Part shown: one piece after another, positions 13,830 through 29,809 of the stretch
How positions within the stretch are numbered: position 1 is the first letter of the stretch
How the letters are laid out: each line of letters opens with the position of its first letter
NCBI RefSeq assembly: GCF_009914755.1
Contig: NC_060937.1
Origin: the human T2T-CHM13v2.0 reference genome, Homo sapiens
Reading direction: 5' to 3' (one strand)
Length of the DNA: 64,000 nucleotides
Made by a program: the position numbers and the translations under genes
The notes under the pieces: model-generated
What the model was told of the DNA's origin: nothing
Database searches by the model: none
The model's input: only the letters and a program-made list of their open reading frames with translations

Positions 13830-14432
13830 AAAATTATTTATTTTCTAAAAATTGTGGTAAAATATACATAACAAAATTTATCATTGTAATGATTTTAAAG
13901 TGTGTAGTTCAGTGGCATTAAGTTCATTAACGTTGTTGTGCAATCATCACCATCATCCATATCCAGAACTTTTTACCTTCTCACACCGAAACTCAACCCA
14001 TTAAACATGAATTCCTCATTCCTGCCTCTCCCCAGCCCTGGCAACCAGCAATCTACTTTCTGTCTATAAATTTGCCTACTCTAAGCACCTTTTATGAACA
14101 GAATTATGCAGAACTTGTCCTTTGTGACTGGTTCACTGAGCAGAATATCTTTAAGTTTCATCCATGTTATGGCATATGTCTGAATTTCCTCCCTTTTTAA
14201 GCTGAATAATACTTGACTGTATGTGTATACTGCATTTCTTTATGTGTGTCTCTGTCTATGGACACTTGGATTGCTTCTACCATTTGGCTATTGTGAATAA
14301 TGCTGCTGTGAACATAGGTGCACAAATATTTTATCCCTGGTTTGTTTCTTTGGGATATATATCAAAAAGTGGAATTGCTGGATCATATGGTAATTCTAGT
14401 TTTAATTTTCTGAGAAACTTCCAAACTGTTTT
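13830..14432 (-). mobile_element. L1MB-like 3' fragment
   Basis: TTGTGGTAAAATATACATAAC...GTTCAGTGGCATTAAG...GGAATTGCTGGATCATATGGTAATTCTA. Confidence 0.85.
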
Positions 14433-15764
14433 AGGACTACCTTTTAGACCTGACATTGAACAAAAACATTTTACCATTTCCACTTCTTCACATAGATGTA
14501 CTTCGGAGGTAACAGTAAAATGATTTTGAATGCATGCATGCTTATTGGGGTTAAGAGAGAAGCTTACTTCATTATCTTTAAAATAGAGCTTATGTGTGTT
14601 GAAGTTTGGGCAAATAAAAGTATGTTACAGCCTATTAGAAAGTAAAAACAAAACAAAAAACTCTATCTACTAAGACCTAACTATGTGGATCATCTAGAGA
14701 ACATGTCAGCTAGAGCAATCCACATTGTCTCACTGGCATAATATGATGTTTTTTAGATAAGGACAGTAGGAGTTAAAAATTAAATGGATCACTAGGCTTA
14801 AATGCTTTTTTAAAAGAGAAAATTTAAATTATAATGAGAACAGAGTTTAAAAGATTATAAAATGTGTTAATATAGAGAAAGATACCCTTATTTAAATTAT
14901 ACCTAAGTCTTTCTAAAAATAAAGTGAAAATCTTCAATCTAAGATACATGGGTTGTGCACACATAGATGAAATCTACTTTTACAAAATGATTTACTGTGT
15001 ACCTAAAGAATGGATTCACTCAGGGGAACCAAATACCAAGTTATGGTTTATTGCAGAATAATAAATCTGCAATTTGGAAAAGTCTTGGGTCAGCATGGCA
15101 TGGTTTTTAGCAATTATGAAATGGCTAGGTTTTAAATCTTGTGATTTAATCACGTATTAAAATACTCTCTTAAAAATTGTTGCAAGACAGCTCTGTTAAA
15201 ACAAACAAACAAAGAACCACAGCTTCTAACTGGATTTCTGCTAATTGTCCTGAAGCTTAGCATTAGGAGAAGAGCCCACTCTTTATTTCTGTGCTGTTTA
15301 CTGTTTAAATTGTATTGGATCTTGAGTATTTGTAGCCTCAGTTTGAAATCAGATGCTCTTCCAGATATGAACCAACTGACTAACTTCCAGGAGATATCAG
15401 GGAATCATTATCCAATATGTGATTTCATAGTTTGTTCTCAGCTGTGATTTATTAAGCTGGTGGCTATTGTCATTAAGGATTGCTTGTGTATGGTAATAGT
15501 ATAGATTCAGCATAGAGAATTGAAAAATTATATTTGTTTCACTTTGTTTCAAAGGCTAATTGTTTGGTGTTTTCATCATTTCTATGATAGGCGAAACGCC
15601 CCAAGTGAAAGGGTTAAATCATCAAATTATATTTTTATCCTTATAAAAAGTATTAAATACTTATTCTAACACACTCCATTATGTCATGGTTTAAGTCTCG
15701 TACCCACAATATATATGGTATAGTTGAAATGTCATCAATACACACACATGCATGTTATATATAT

Positions 15765-16755
15765 TTAGTGATTCATAATGATTATACATATTTATGGGGT
15801 ACGTGTGATGTTTTGATATATGCATACAATGCTTAATGATCAAATCAGGGCATTTAGGACATTTATCACCTCAAACATTTATCATTTCTTTGTGTTGGGA
15901 ACATTCCAAATCTTCTGCCAAATTTGAAACATATAATAAACTATTGTTAACTACAGTTACTACACTGTGCTACCAAATACTGGAATTATTCCTTCTAACT
16001 GTATGTTTTATCCATTAACCAACCTCTCTTCATTCCCTGACCCTTCCCTTTCTCTGATAACCATAATTCTACCCTCTACCTCCATGAGATCAACTTTTTA
16101 AGCTCCCACATATGAGTGAGAACATGCAATATTTGTCTTTCTGTGCCTGGCTTATTTCACCTAACATAACGACCTACAGTTCCAACCATGTTCCTGCAAT
16201 GATAAGATTTCATTCTTTTTTTGTGGCTGAATAGTATGCCATTGTGTATATATATCACATTTTCTTTGTCTATTCATCCATTGATGAACACTTAGGTTGG
16301 TTCCACATCTTGGCTATTGTGAATAGTGCTGCAATAACTATAGGGGTTCAGGTATCTGTTGATATACTGATTTCCTTTCCTTTAAATAAATACCCAGTGG
16401 TGGGATTGCTGCATAGTACTGCTGTTCTATTTTTAGTTTTTTGAGAAGACTCCATGGTTTTTTCCATAATGGCTGTACTATTATAATTTACATTCCCAAC
16501 AGTGTATGAATATCCTTTTCTCTGCATCCTTGTCAGCATTTCTTATTTCCTGTCTTTTTGACAATAGCCATTCTAACTGGGGCAAGATGCTATCTTGTGG
16601 TTTTGATTGGCATTTTCCTGATGATAGTGACATTGAATATTTTTTTCATATACTTGTTGGTCATTTATGTTTTCTTTTGAGAAATGTCTATTCAAATCCT
16701 TTGCCCATTTTAAATGGAATTGTTTGGGTTTCTCTTTTTTTTTTGCTGTTCAACA
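15765..16755 (-). mobile_element. L1MA-like 3' fragment
   Basis: ACATATTTATGGGGTAC...CTCCCACATATGAGTGAGAACATGC...TTTGAGAAATGTCTATTCA. Confidence 0.85.
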
Positions 16756-16907
16756 TCTATATTATTACTAATCATTACTCTAATGTGTTTCTACATTCTT
16801 GGTTAACAGAATTATCCAGACTTTTCTCATTTCATCATACAACCTTTATTCTACTATGTGTTGGGCAGAGTAGTGGGTGCTGGTGAAATATAGATAAATA
16901 AAATTGC

Positions 16908-17211
<304 letters not shown>

Positions 17212-19129
17212 GATTGCACTTTTGTCTTCAAGACACTCAACATCTAATTAGGCAGAAGTTGGATAAATGTTGATGGCTATTATTTGATAGATTTGAACTA
17301 TAATATATTGTACTGACAGAAAAATAAGTGAGTGCCTGAATGATGCTATTTGTTCTACAAATTTTCTTCAAGAGCTTATTAATCATGTCATCTTTGCCAC
17401 CTGACCCCAGCCTTTAGGACATTCCTGACATAGCCATCAAGGTGTTCATGGTCTCTTCTACCCTAATGTCAATGTCCTTTTTTGCTAAGCCAGTAGTCTC
17501 ACTGTTTCTTGACTTCTACTCCTAGAGATTTGGTATCCTACATGCTACTCATATGGCTCCCTTCGAACTTAGTATTCCCTCGTATTGCACAGTAAGAGAT
17601 GAGTCTGGTTCGATGGTTGTGAATGTTCTCCAGGAACATTCAATTTGAGGATAAAAAGAAGTATCAAATTCTGAATCAAACTGTTCTCAACTGTCTCTGA
17701 AGGGAAAATCTCATGGTTGTGCTCTTAGGCTGTAACTCAAATGAATGATTTTAGCCCTATTTGGGTACTAAATGACTCTTTTTAAATTAATCTATCCTAT
17801 TAAGACTATATTTTATTACAGTTATTTGTTTATGCATCTATCACTCCTATTTAGACCAAGATTTGCAAGTGTAGAAACAGTGTTGGTATAATACAATATG
17901 TGAGAAAAAGTTTTAGCATTTTCATAATTTCCATCAGTAACTCTCCTCTGCCATTTTAATATTAATACAACTGATATTTTCTCAGTTTTATGGAAAATAT
18001 GAGTGAAGACATCTTCATAAAACTTTGCTAGTTTTTTAAATTAATCTATAACATATAATCTTAAACTAACTTCACTTGAAATGCAAACACAGCCTCATGA
18101 CAAATCCCTTAGCTCCTAAATTACCGTCCCTAAACTTCTAAACAGAAATTCTGGAGATGCCATGGGGCGGGAGCTGGGCATTTTTCATCTTTGGATCACT
18201 AACTTGTAAATTCATGCCAAGAAGACAGTAGGCTCTCCTTACATGTTTCCTAAAAAATTTAGGTTCAAGAGAAATCTGTGTATCAAGAGCTTTCATTCCT
18301 TTAAAAGAAATATTTATGGTTTGCCATGATGTAAGAAACTTTTGGGAGTGATATCTACAAGGAGGGAATTTCAATTGTGAGAGTTTCAATTTAAAAAAAA
18401 TTCATCCAGCAGTTGGTTTCTCTTCCAAACTTCCTTGAGAAACAGCCTCAACCATATCATATTGCGCTGGGTTTTATTTTAGGCATCCTAACCCAAACCA
18501 AGTTTATTTATCCCCTCATTAGTTTATTTGAAAAGCAGTAAGTAAAGAAATCTTACATCCCAGCCTTAAAACTTTTCACGTGTTCCAGGAACTCCCTTTG
18601 CACTAATTATACTTATAACACTGGAACTAGATTATTTCCTTTATAGAACTCAGAGGCTTCCAAAGAATACCTGAAACTCTTAACCTGAAATCAAATGAGC
18701 AGTTTGAGGATCTCAGTAACACCATAACAACAATCTTTACCCTTTTATTTCTTTTGTTAATACTTTTCTCAGCTCTCAGTTTCATCAGTTACTTAATAAC
18801 CTTGTTTATCAATTTCCTTATTAATAAAAGAAAACTTCATTCCTAGGAGCTTAGGTGAAGTGAATTGCCTCTATCCTCCTCCTCATTAAGCTTTTGGAAG
18901 GCACCTTGGACAAATGAGCCTAAATTACCGTGCCTGCCAACAGCAAATATTTTCCACAAGAAGGCCTTTTTAAGGAGAAATTTAGGTCAAAAGCAGCAAA
19001 ATTTAAAGAGTTTACAGTTTACAGTGACTACTGAACTAGCGCTATGAGAGAGAGAGTGAGAGGGAGAGAGAGACAGAGAAAGACTTCTTTATAAACATAA
19101 TGCCATTTAATAAATGTGGAATGAATTGA

Positions 19130-20000
19130 TATAACTAAAACAAAATTCCCATTTTATACTTCTCAATATGAATAAATGATTAAGGCAAGATTAAGATCAA
19201 TGATGGATTACAACCATTAGCTGAAATGTTGTTCTGAAACTGAGTGTTCAAATGGTCACAAAGTTTCTCCATGCATGTTACTTACGAATTACAAATGGAA
19301 AACGCCCCTTTATACCAAAGAGATCCAGCATGCATCATCTTACAACTACGTGATCAAACTTGCTCTCACCCACAGGGAACCCATCTGACTTTATTTGCCA
19401 CCTGATGGGATGCAATTAGTACTCAATATCACGTATGTAGTTTTCTTGCTAAAAACCAGAGCCTGTATCAAATTGTGAAGAAATAATCATACACATCTAG
19501 AATGTGGAACATTCTTCAAGACACTGATCTGGATTCAAAAAAAGTGAATGTCATGAGAAACAGAATAGGGAGAATACTGCTCCTGATAAAGTGATCAAAC
19601 AGACCAAAACAACAACAGCAGAAAGCAAAGTACAAATCTTGATTTGACCCAGGATTTTTTAAATCTATGAAAGATAGTATTAAGACAATCAAAAAATTTA
19701 AATATAGCCCGTGTAAAATGGTAATCCATGTATTTAATTCTTATGAATAGTTAATGGTATTTTGGTTATATAGAAGAAAGTGTTAACTCTTAAGTAACTA
19801 CACAGTTCAGCATAAACATGCATATCTGTCTGTTTTAGATCCATTTGTATGTACACACAGAAACACATACATACATATACATAGAAAGAAAGCAAATGGG
19901 TGAAATGTTAATTTGTGAATCTTGGTGAAAGGTATACGGTATTCCTATTCAATTTGTTAATATTTCTGCAGGTTTAATTTTTTTCAAAGTAAAAAGTAGG
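19130..20000 (+). mobile_element. Old L1 (L1MC/ME-like) 3'UTR
   Basis: Degenerate hallmarks GTGATCAAACTT, AATGTGGAACATTCT, AATGTCATGA, AAATGTTAA..GTGAATCTTGGTGAAAGGTATA. Confidence 0.6.
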
Positions 20001-21435
20001 GGAAAAATAAGAAAAGGGATGTACACTTTTTACCAGAAACATTGTATGGCTGTCAATACCTTAATAAAAATTATAAATCAGCTTTTTAAAAAAAGTCTTA
20101 TTTCTCCTGTCTCTGCCATTTCATATGTGTGTGACCATAGATGGGCTATTAAGTTCTGAATAAATTTTTCTAATCTGTAAAATGAGGAGATAATGCTCAT
20201 TTTAAAGAAGAATAAAGAGACCAAGAAGATCCTAAAACTTGTGTTTGCTATCTTCTCCTACGTACTATGGTATGAAAGGGAAAAGTGCTCACATTACTTC
20301 TCTCCTCTCATCCCTTTCCTTTCTCAAGCAACACTTGGATCAAACGATGGAAAATGTTATTTTCATTTTTCATTAACATGGGAATTCTACTATTCTTGTC
20401 TTTTGGTGTGTGATGACACGTGCAGCTCACAGGGTAGAAGATTTGAGGTGGAAGGGCTAAAACATGGTCGCCCTATGATCATTTCTATTGTTGCATCACA
20501 ATAGAGGATAAGGGTTAAATTCAACCATTTTTTTTCCAGGTTTCAAAAAATGTTTTTGTTTTTTTTTTTTTCTGCTGTGGCCAGCAGACCTTGATTTCTG
20601 TTGCTAGGAAACCTGGAAGGTACTTTTTAGTCCTCATAGAAACCATGTTTTAATGCAATCACTTTCAATGACTCTTTATTGGCTGTTTTGCTTGGTGCCA
20701 ACTCAAAGAAGGTTCACATCAAACCCTTACAAGGTGAACCTGATCGTGTCAAACTGCGCTAGCCCTGGGGACTTTGTGGAAGTGCCTCAGGGGTTTCTTG
20801 GGGATAGGAAAGGGTGGGAGCCAGGGGGCAATACCCCTCCCCACTTCAAGCAGAGCAATTCTACTTTGATCTGCTTTAATGTTAGGCTTTCTTTGAAGAA
20901 AATGCTTTATGGGAGGGAGTATTTGAAAAGCCTTGACCTAATCTAACACACAAGAAAGCTGAATTTCTGCGAAGTGACTTGCCCAAAGTTACCCAGTTCC
21001 CAAACACCAAGACTGGGATTAAACCTGAGTGTTCTGATTCCAGATCTCTTTCTATTACCCCACACTTCCTGCTCCTCCTCACCATGCCTACCTGGTCCTT
21101 CCTTTCACCATGTTCCGGAGATCCCTGGCCTGACTCTGTGCCCAGAACTGTGAAGGACAGTAGACCCTGGAGGGCAGTGTTGTAGTGGGCCCAAAACTGT
21201 TGACCCCTGGATATTTTCCTGAGGATGCTGCGATCTCTAGTTAACTACTGACAGCACTTTCCCCAGGTTCCTTTCAGAGAGAATGGCTTTAAGCAGTCGT
21301 ATGGAAAAACATTTTTTTCTACTGTGGCTGTGAGCATTTGGGAACTTGTTCCTGAGAATAAATAGGAGGATCTGGCTCAGCAATACTGGGGATGATATAA
21401 TCTGAACCACCTCCTGTGACGAACATCTAGTAATT

Positions 21436-21724
<289 letters not shown>

Positions 21725-21929
21725 AAAACACCTAGTAATGTTTTTAAGCATTTAAAAAATGCCTAGCAGAGCTCAGAAGACTGAAAAAGGTTCAAAAGCA
21801 AAGCAGGAAAAGAAAGCCAGAGCACATAGATATGATCTGATTTTGCTACTTTAAGAAGGTGGGGGGCAGTTTATTAACCCAATTCAGGTGTCAATGTCAA
21901 TTTAAGGACAGCAGTTGAGACATGTTCAA

Positions 21930-22743
21930 GATGGAGGTGAAGCTGACCCAATAGTCCCATAGACCAGAGGTCTCCAAACCTGGGGCCATGGACCGGTCTG
22001 TGGCCTGTTAGGAACTAGGCGGCACAGCAGGAGGTGAGCAACAGGTAAGCAAGCATTACTGCCTGAGCTCCATCTCCTGTCAGAGCATTGATGGCATTAG
22101 ATTCTCATAGGAGCATGAACCCTGTTGTGAACTGTGCATATGGGAAATCTAGATTGTGTGCTCCTTATGAGAATCTAACTAATACCTGGTGAGGTGAAAC
22201 AATTTCATCTGAAACCATCCCCCTGGTCCCCCAACCCCTGGCTGTAGAAAAATTGTCTTCCACGAAACTAGGCCCTGTTGCCAAAAAGGTTAGGGACCAC
22301 TGCCATAGACAGTTGTTTTGGGATAAACATAGAAATTGATCCTTCTGGTCTTAAAGCTTGAAACTTATATTTGTTTTAAGAGTTCCTTCCTCAGGAAAGG
22401 ATCCCTCGGGCCAAGGATCCCTCGGGCCTCTCAAAGTATCAAACAAGCAAAACTCACCAGATCACCACATCCAGACAATAAGATACTGGACCCATTAATT
22501 CATCATGATTGCTTTCTTACCCCTCCCTAGTTCCTGTTTTCTTACACATTGTTGCATTTCTCCCTGCTATATAAACCCCAAGTTTTAGCCGTCAGGGAGA
22601 TGGATTTAAGAGTGATCTCCCATTTCCTCCATTGCAGCACATGATTAAAACCTTCTTCCTTGGCAATACTCGTTGTCTCAGGCATTGGCTATCTGTGTGG
22701 CAAGCAGCAGGACCTAAACCAAGCCCCTGGTGTTTTGGTAACA
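21930..22743 (+). mobile_element. MER39-like ERV1 LTR interrupted by MER1B
   Basis: GCTGACCCAATAGTCCCATAGAC...GGATAAACATAGAAATTGA...TATATAAACCCC...ATTAAA...CCCCTGGTGTTTTGGTAACA. Confidence 0.75.
21965..22302. mobile_element. MER1B hAT-Charlie transposon
   Basis: 338 bp, CAG...CTG termini, perfect 8-bp TSD CCATAGAC at 21957-21964 and 22303-22310. Confidence 0.9.
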
Positions 22744-23199
22744 GAAGGCTGGAACTGAACAAGCTCCTAACCCCTAACATACATAACGCTGGGACTTATG
22801 AGGACTACACACACAACAAAAGGGTAAGCCAGAAAAATTCAGCACAGGGTGAAGACAAGGAGATTGCTCTCTTCCTGGCTAGGCTTCAGGTAGAAGCATG
22901 AAAATTCTACTCTGAGAATTCATAAGTATGGGCCTTATGGATTTAGAGTACAAACTGATGCTTTCTAAACATCAGGAACTCCCCTAACCTGGTCAATTAA
23001 AAAAAATTGATCTCAGCCAAGTGATAAATCTAAAAGAGTACATTTTGGAAGCAGAAGTAAACACATTTTTGAAAAAAAAATTTTAAAAATTTTTCACTGG
23101 ATTCCCATAGTTAAAATCTCACAGAAGTTGTTTTAGCCTCAGACCTGTGTGTGCTGTGTGATCCCACAAACCCCATTTAAAAAACTTTAGGAAGAAAAA

Positions 23200-24300
23200 A
23201 ATCCACCAGTAGAAAAAGAAGACAAAGCAATACCACATTTAGAGTTCCTAAAATTCCAGATAACATAACATTCTGGCAGATGAGAAAATAATAATTTTTA
23301 AAAGGATTAAAAGTACAAAAAATAAAACCCAAAGAAATAAGACACTCTTACAATTAAGTAGATTAAAATAGGTAGATAAAAAGCCAAGTAAAATTTTGAG
23401 AAATAAAAAGCAATCATTATATTAAAAATTAAATTGACAGATTAAATAACAAAGTCAGAACTGAAGCAGGAATTTGTGAATGGCAAAATAGTTCTGAGGA
23501 TATTATGCAGAGTGGACTACCAAGAAATGGTGAAGAAATGTGGAGGGTAGAATGAAAATCAGCAATACATGTCAGACAGAAATGTCAGAAAGAAATGATA
23601 AGGATCTGAGAGGCAGAAATTTCTAAAATTTATGAAATTCATAAATGCTCAGATTCATGTAGTACAATTAATGCCAAGCATAATAAAAAGAAATTTGCAT
23701 CTAGACACATGATAGTGAAATTACAGAACACCAAAGACAAGGAGAAGATCTTAGGAGAAACCAGAAAGAAAAAGAACAAATATTTTATCAATAGCAAACT
23801 TCTCCAAAGCAATACTGGAGGCTAGAAAAGAATAGAATAACTTAAGAATGCTAAAAGAGGCCAGGTGCAGTGGCTCATGCCTGTAATTCCAGCAATTTGG
23901 GAGGCCAAGACAGGCAGATCACCTGAGGTCAGGAGTTTGAGACCAGCCTGGCCAATATAGCAAAACCCCGTCTTTACTAAAAAAATACAAATATTAGCTG
24001 GGCATGGTGGTGTGTGCCTGTAATCTCAGCTATGCAGGAGGCTGAGGCAGGAGAATTGCTTTAATCTGGGAGGCAGAGGTTGCAGTGAGCTGAGATTGGG
24101 CCACTGCACTCCAGCCCGAGGGACAGAGCAAGACTTTGTCTTTAAAAAAAAAAAAAAGAATGCTAAAAGAAAATGTCTAAAAAGCTAGATCTCTGTATTT
24201 AACTAAACAATAACTATGAGTACAGTTGAAATATAGACCAGTCCAGACAAAAATATAGAGAGTTTTCTACTCACAGATCTTTGCCCAAAGACATACCAAA
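23200..24300 (+). mobile_element. Old L1M/HAL1 ORF1-like remnant
   Basis: A-rich degenerate ORF1 text (CATCTAGACACATGATAGTGAAATTACAGAACACCAAAGACAAGGAGAAGATCTTA). Confidence 0.65.
23859..24157 (+). mobile_element. AluS (Sx/Sz-like)
   Basis: Full dimer; TSD AAGAATGCTAAAAGA at 23844-23858 and 24156-24170. Confidence 0.95.
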
Positions 24301-24303
24301 TTT

Positions 24304-24726
<423 letters not shown>

Positions 24727-25229
24727 TTGTTTTATTTTTTATCTAGTATTTCTTCTTGAGTCAGTTTTAAGTTATAGTTTTCTAAGACAGAGCTTCTAAA
24801 TTTATCAAAGACCAACACTTTTGTAAAATACAAAATTATGTGCTTGGATGCTGCAGTAGGGTAACAACAACAACAAAAAAATGCTTTAACAGGTTTTAAG
24901 CACTTACTCTCGGTTTCTGTACTTACTTTGTGGCAGAGTGGCAAGAAATAATTTGCTGATCAGTCAGCTGACCACACTTTGAATAGCGCTGTTCTAGGAA
25001 AACATCTGGTTGTCAAAGTTTTCAAATCTCTTAATAGAGTACTGTGCATAATATTTTCATATTAAACATTGTTAGTGATGTGTAGTTATGTTGTTTTACC
25101 AGTCCTAATATTGTTTATTTCCACTGTTTTTCTAGATATATCAGGCCATAGTTCTACTTCGGTAGTCTCTTGAAAGAAACAAATTTGGGATGTCGATTCT
25201 CTTTATTGCATTTTTGTTTAGTTAGATGA

Positions 25230-25775
<546 letters not shown>

Positions 25776-26005
25776 TATTTTCACTATCGCATTAATTTCT
25801 GCTTTTCCTTTAATGATTTTTCTTCCATTTTTTGCATTTACTCTGCTATTAATCTAACTTCTTGGGTTGTATACTTTATTATCTGAAATTTTTTTCAGTA
25901 TGGGCATTTTAAGGCTGTCTACTTTCTATAATTACTGCCTTAACAGAATCTCAAAAGCTTTGATATGTAACATTATTATTTTATGTAGTTTTTAATTTCC
26001 ACTGG

Positions 26006-26465
26006 TGTATTAGTTTTCTTTTGCTGCTGTAAAGAAATTACCACAAATGTAGTGGCTTAAAATAACACAAATGTCTTATAGTTCTACAGATCAAAAGTCT
26101 AACACTGGTGTTATTGGGCTGAAATCCAGGCGATGGCAGAGCTGCGCTCCTTTCTGGAGGCTCCGGGGAGAATTCTCTTCCTTAACCTTTCAAGCTTCTC
26201 GAGGCCCTCTGCACTCCCTGGTATGCTGCATCTTTCAGACCGCTTCTTCTGCCTCTCTCCCAGGCACTTTAGGACCCTTTCATTTACACTGGGTGCACCT
26301 GGATAATCCGGGTTAATCTCTTTGTTTAAGGTCAGCTCATTAGCAGCCTTAATTCATCTGCTACCTTCATTCCTTTTGTCACGTGACCTAGCATTTCACA
26401 GTTCCCAGGGATTACAAAGTGGATACTTGGGGGACAGTTTTGTTTTTTTTTTTTTGCCTACCGCA
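26006..26465 (-). mobile_element. MLT1 (MLT1C/D-like) MaLR LTR
   Basis: TGTATTAGTTTTC..GCTGCTGTAA..AATTACCACAAA..AGTGGCTTAAAA...CCTTTCTGGAGGCTC...GGATAATCC. Confidence 0.8.
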
Positions 26466-26585
26466 ACTGATTTATACATTTTTAAGTGTCCCAATATATG
26501 TGAAATTTTTGGTTGATTTTGATTTTTAATTTTAAAGCACTGAAGTTACACAATGCACTAATAATAAAAATAATAACAAAAATAA

Positions 26586-26939
<354 letters not shown>

Positions 26940-27256
26940 CATTGTTTCTTTTCTGATGGTGCAAATTGGAGGCAGGAGAGGTTAAAAAGTTAAACTGATT
27001 AGAAAGGAAGAAAAAAAATTCATTCTTGATATTATCGTCCACACAGTTAATCCTAGAATTTATGCAAACTATTAGAACAAATAAAAAATGTTGGATTGTA
27101 TTTAGATACAAGATATAATATAAAATATTATTTGCATTACAATAACTAAGCAACAAATAATCAGATGACATAATTTTGAAAGACACAATTTATGTTAATA
27201 ATAAAATCTAAAAGCTGCCCAGAAAAAAAAGTAATGAAAATGTCCAATATCTCTAA

Positions 27257-27589
<333 letters not shown>

Positions 27590-28148
27590 TGAGAGATGCA
27601 TTGCTTTCACAATGGAAAGACTAAATATCATAAAGATGTCCATTCTCCCAAAATTACTTAATACATTTAATATAATTGCACTCATAGTCTCAATAGGCAT
27701 TTTTAGGGATCTGGACAAGCTGATTCTGAAATATTATGAAAGAGTAAATGGCCAACAAGTGCCAAGAAAATCTAGAAGAAAGAAAAATAGGAAGAGGGAA
27801 AAATAGGGGAAAAATCCATAAGACTTTATAAAATTTAGTAATTTTAAAAGTATAGAACTGATTCAGAGATAGAAAAGTAAATCAATGAGCAAACATAGAA
27901 ATCAGCACACAAAATAGGGAAACAATATGACAGGTAGTATCATAATTCAGTGGTGATAAGGTAGACTCTTCAACAGATAGTGTAGAACAGTTCATTACAT
28001 ACATGAAAAAGTTAAATCCCTATTTCATGATATACAAATTCACATTCCCAGATTCAGGCTTAAAGATTGAAATTAAAAAAAAGAAAGTCTTAGAGTGAAG
28101 CATGGAGAAATCTTCATAGAACTAAAAAAAGGATGAAATATTGATACA

Positions 28149-28486
<338 letters not shown>

Positions 28487-28797
28487 TTAACTATATTAAA
28501 ATTTAAAAGACACCATAAACAAAGTAAAAAGGAAAATCATATACTGGAAAATGTGTAGAAACCACATATAAATTGCAAATTTATTTTAAAAACTCTGCAA
28601 TAACACAATAGAAATGTCGCAAAGTATGTAAATACGCAGCTTAAGCAAAAAGCTCAAATGGACAACAGCATATGAAAATATGCTCAACTTCACTAGTTCT
28701 CACGGAATTGAAAAGTCAAGCGGCCAGGTACCACTTGAAACCGTCATGTCAGCAAATACAATTAATCGGGTGCACTAAGTTTTGGTGAAAATCTTGA

Positions 28798-29211
<414 letters not shown>

Positions 29212-29809
29212 TCTACTTCTTCGTTCTTTAGGGTCTACTCCCATATACACTAGGCATGTGTGCTAGTGTAAATGTACAAACATGCTAATTGTATTCTTTG
29301 TAATTTAAAAAGTGGGGAAAAAAGTCATGCTCCTGAATAGAATCGATTTAAAAAATAATTGTTTTTATTGAAAAGTTTATTAAACAATCTTAAAGCTAGA
29401 TTTACATTGATATTCACAATGATAAATTCCTAAAGTGGCCGGTTAAGTGCAAAATGTAAATTGTAAAAAGATATTTAAAGGATATCATTTACATAAATTT
29501 AAAAACCATGCAAGATCATATTTAAATAAAACTATGCATGGAAAAAATAAGAAAAATCACGTGGGAACAATATAGACAAATTTAAGGAGGTTCACTCTGG
29601 GGAGGGGAGGGATGAAGGTGGGGCCTTACTGTATCTTCAAAGTCTTACTTATTTAAGGAGAAAAAAAAGCAAGTTGTTTCCAGTAATACTAACATCTAAA
29701 CATCTTGGTGATGATATATTTGTTACTTTTATTGTTAAAAACAAAATTTCTCATTTTATTTTGCATTTTGAAAAAGGAGACAGGAGGAGAGAAGAATCAT
29801 GGACTCCCT

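Noticed and set aside
17603-17645. Resemblance to the 5' end of Y4 RNA (GTCTGGTTCGATGGTTGTG)
   Set aside because: About 16 of 19 bases match, then similarity ends; no 3' stem, A tail or TSD.
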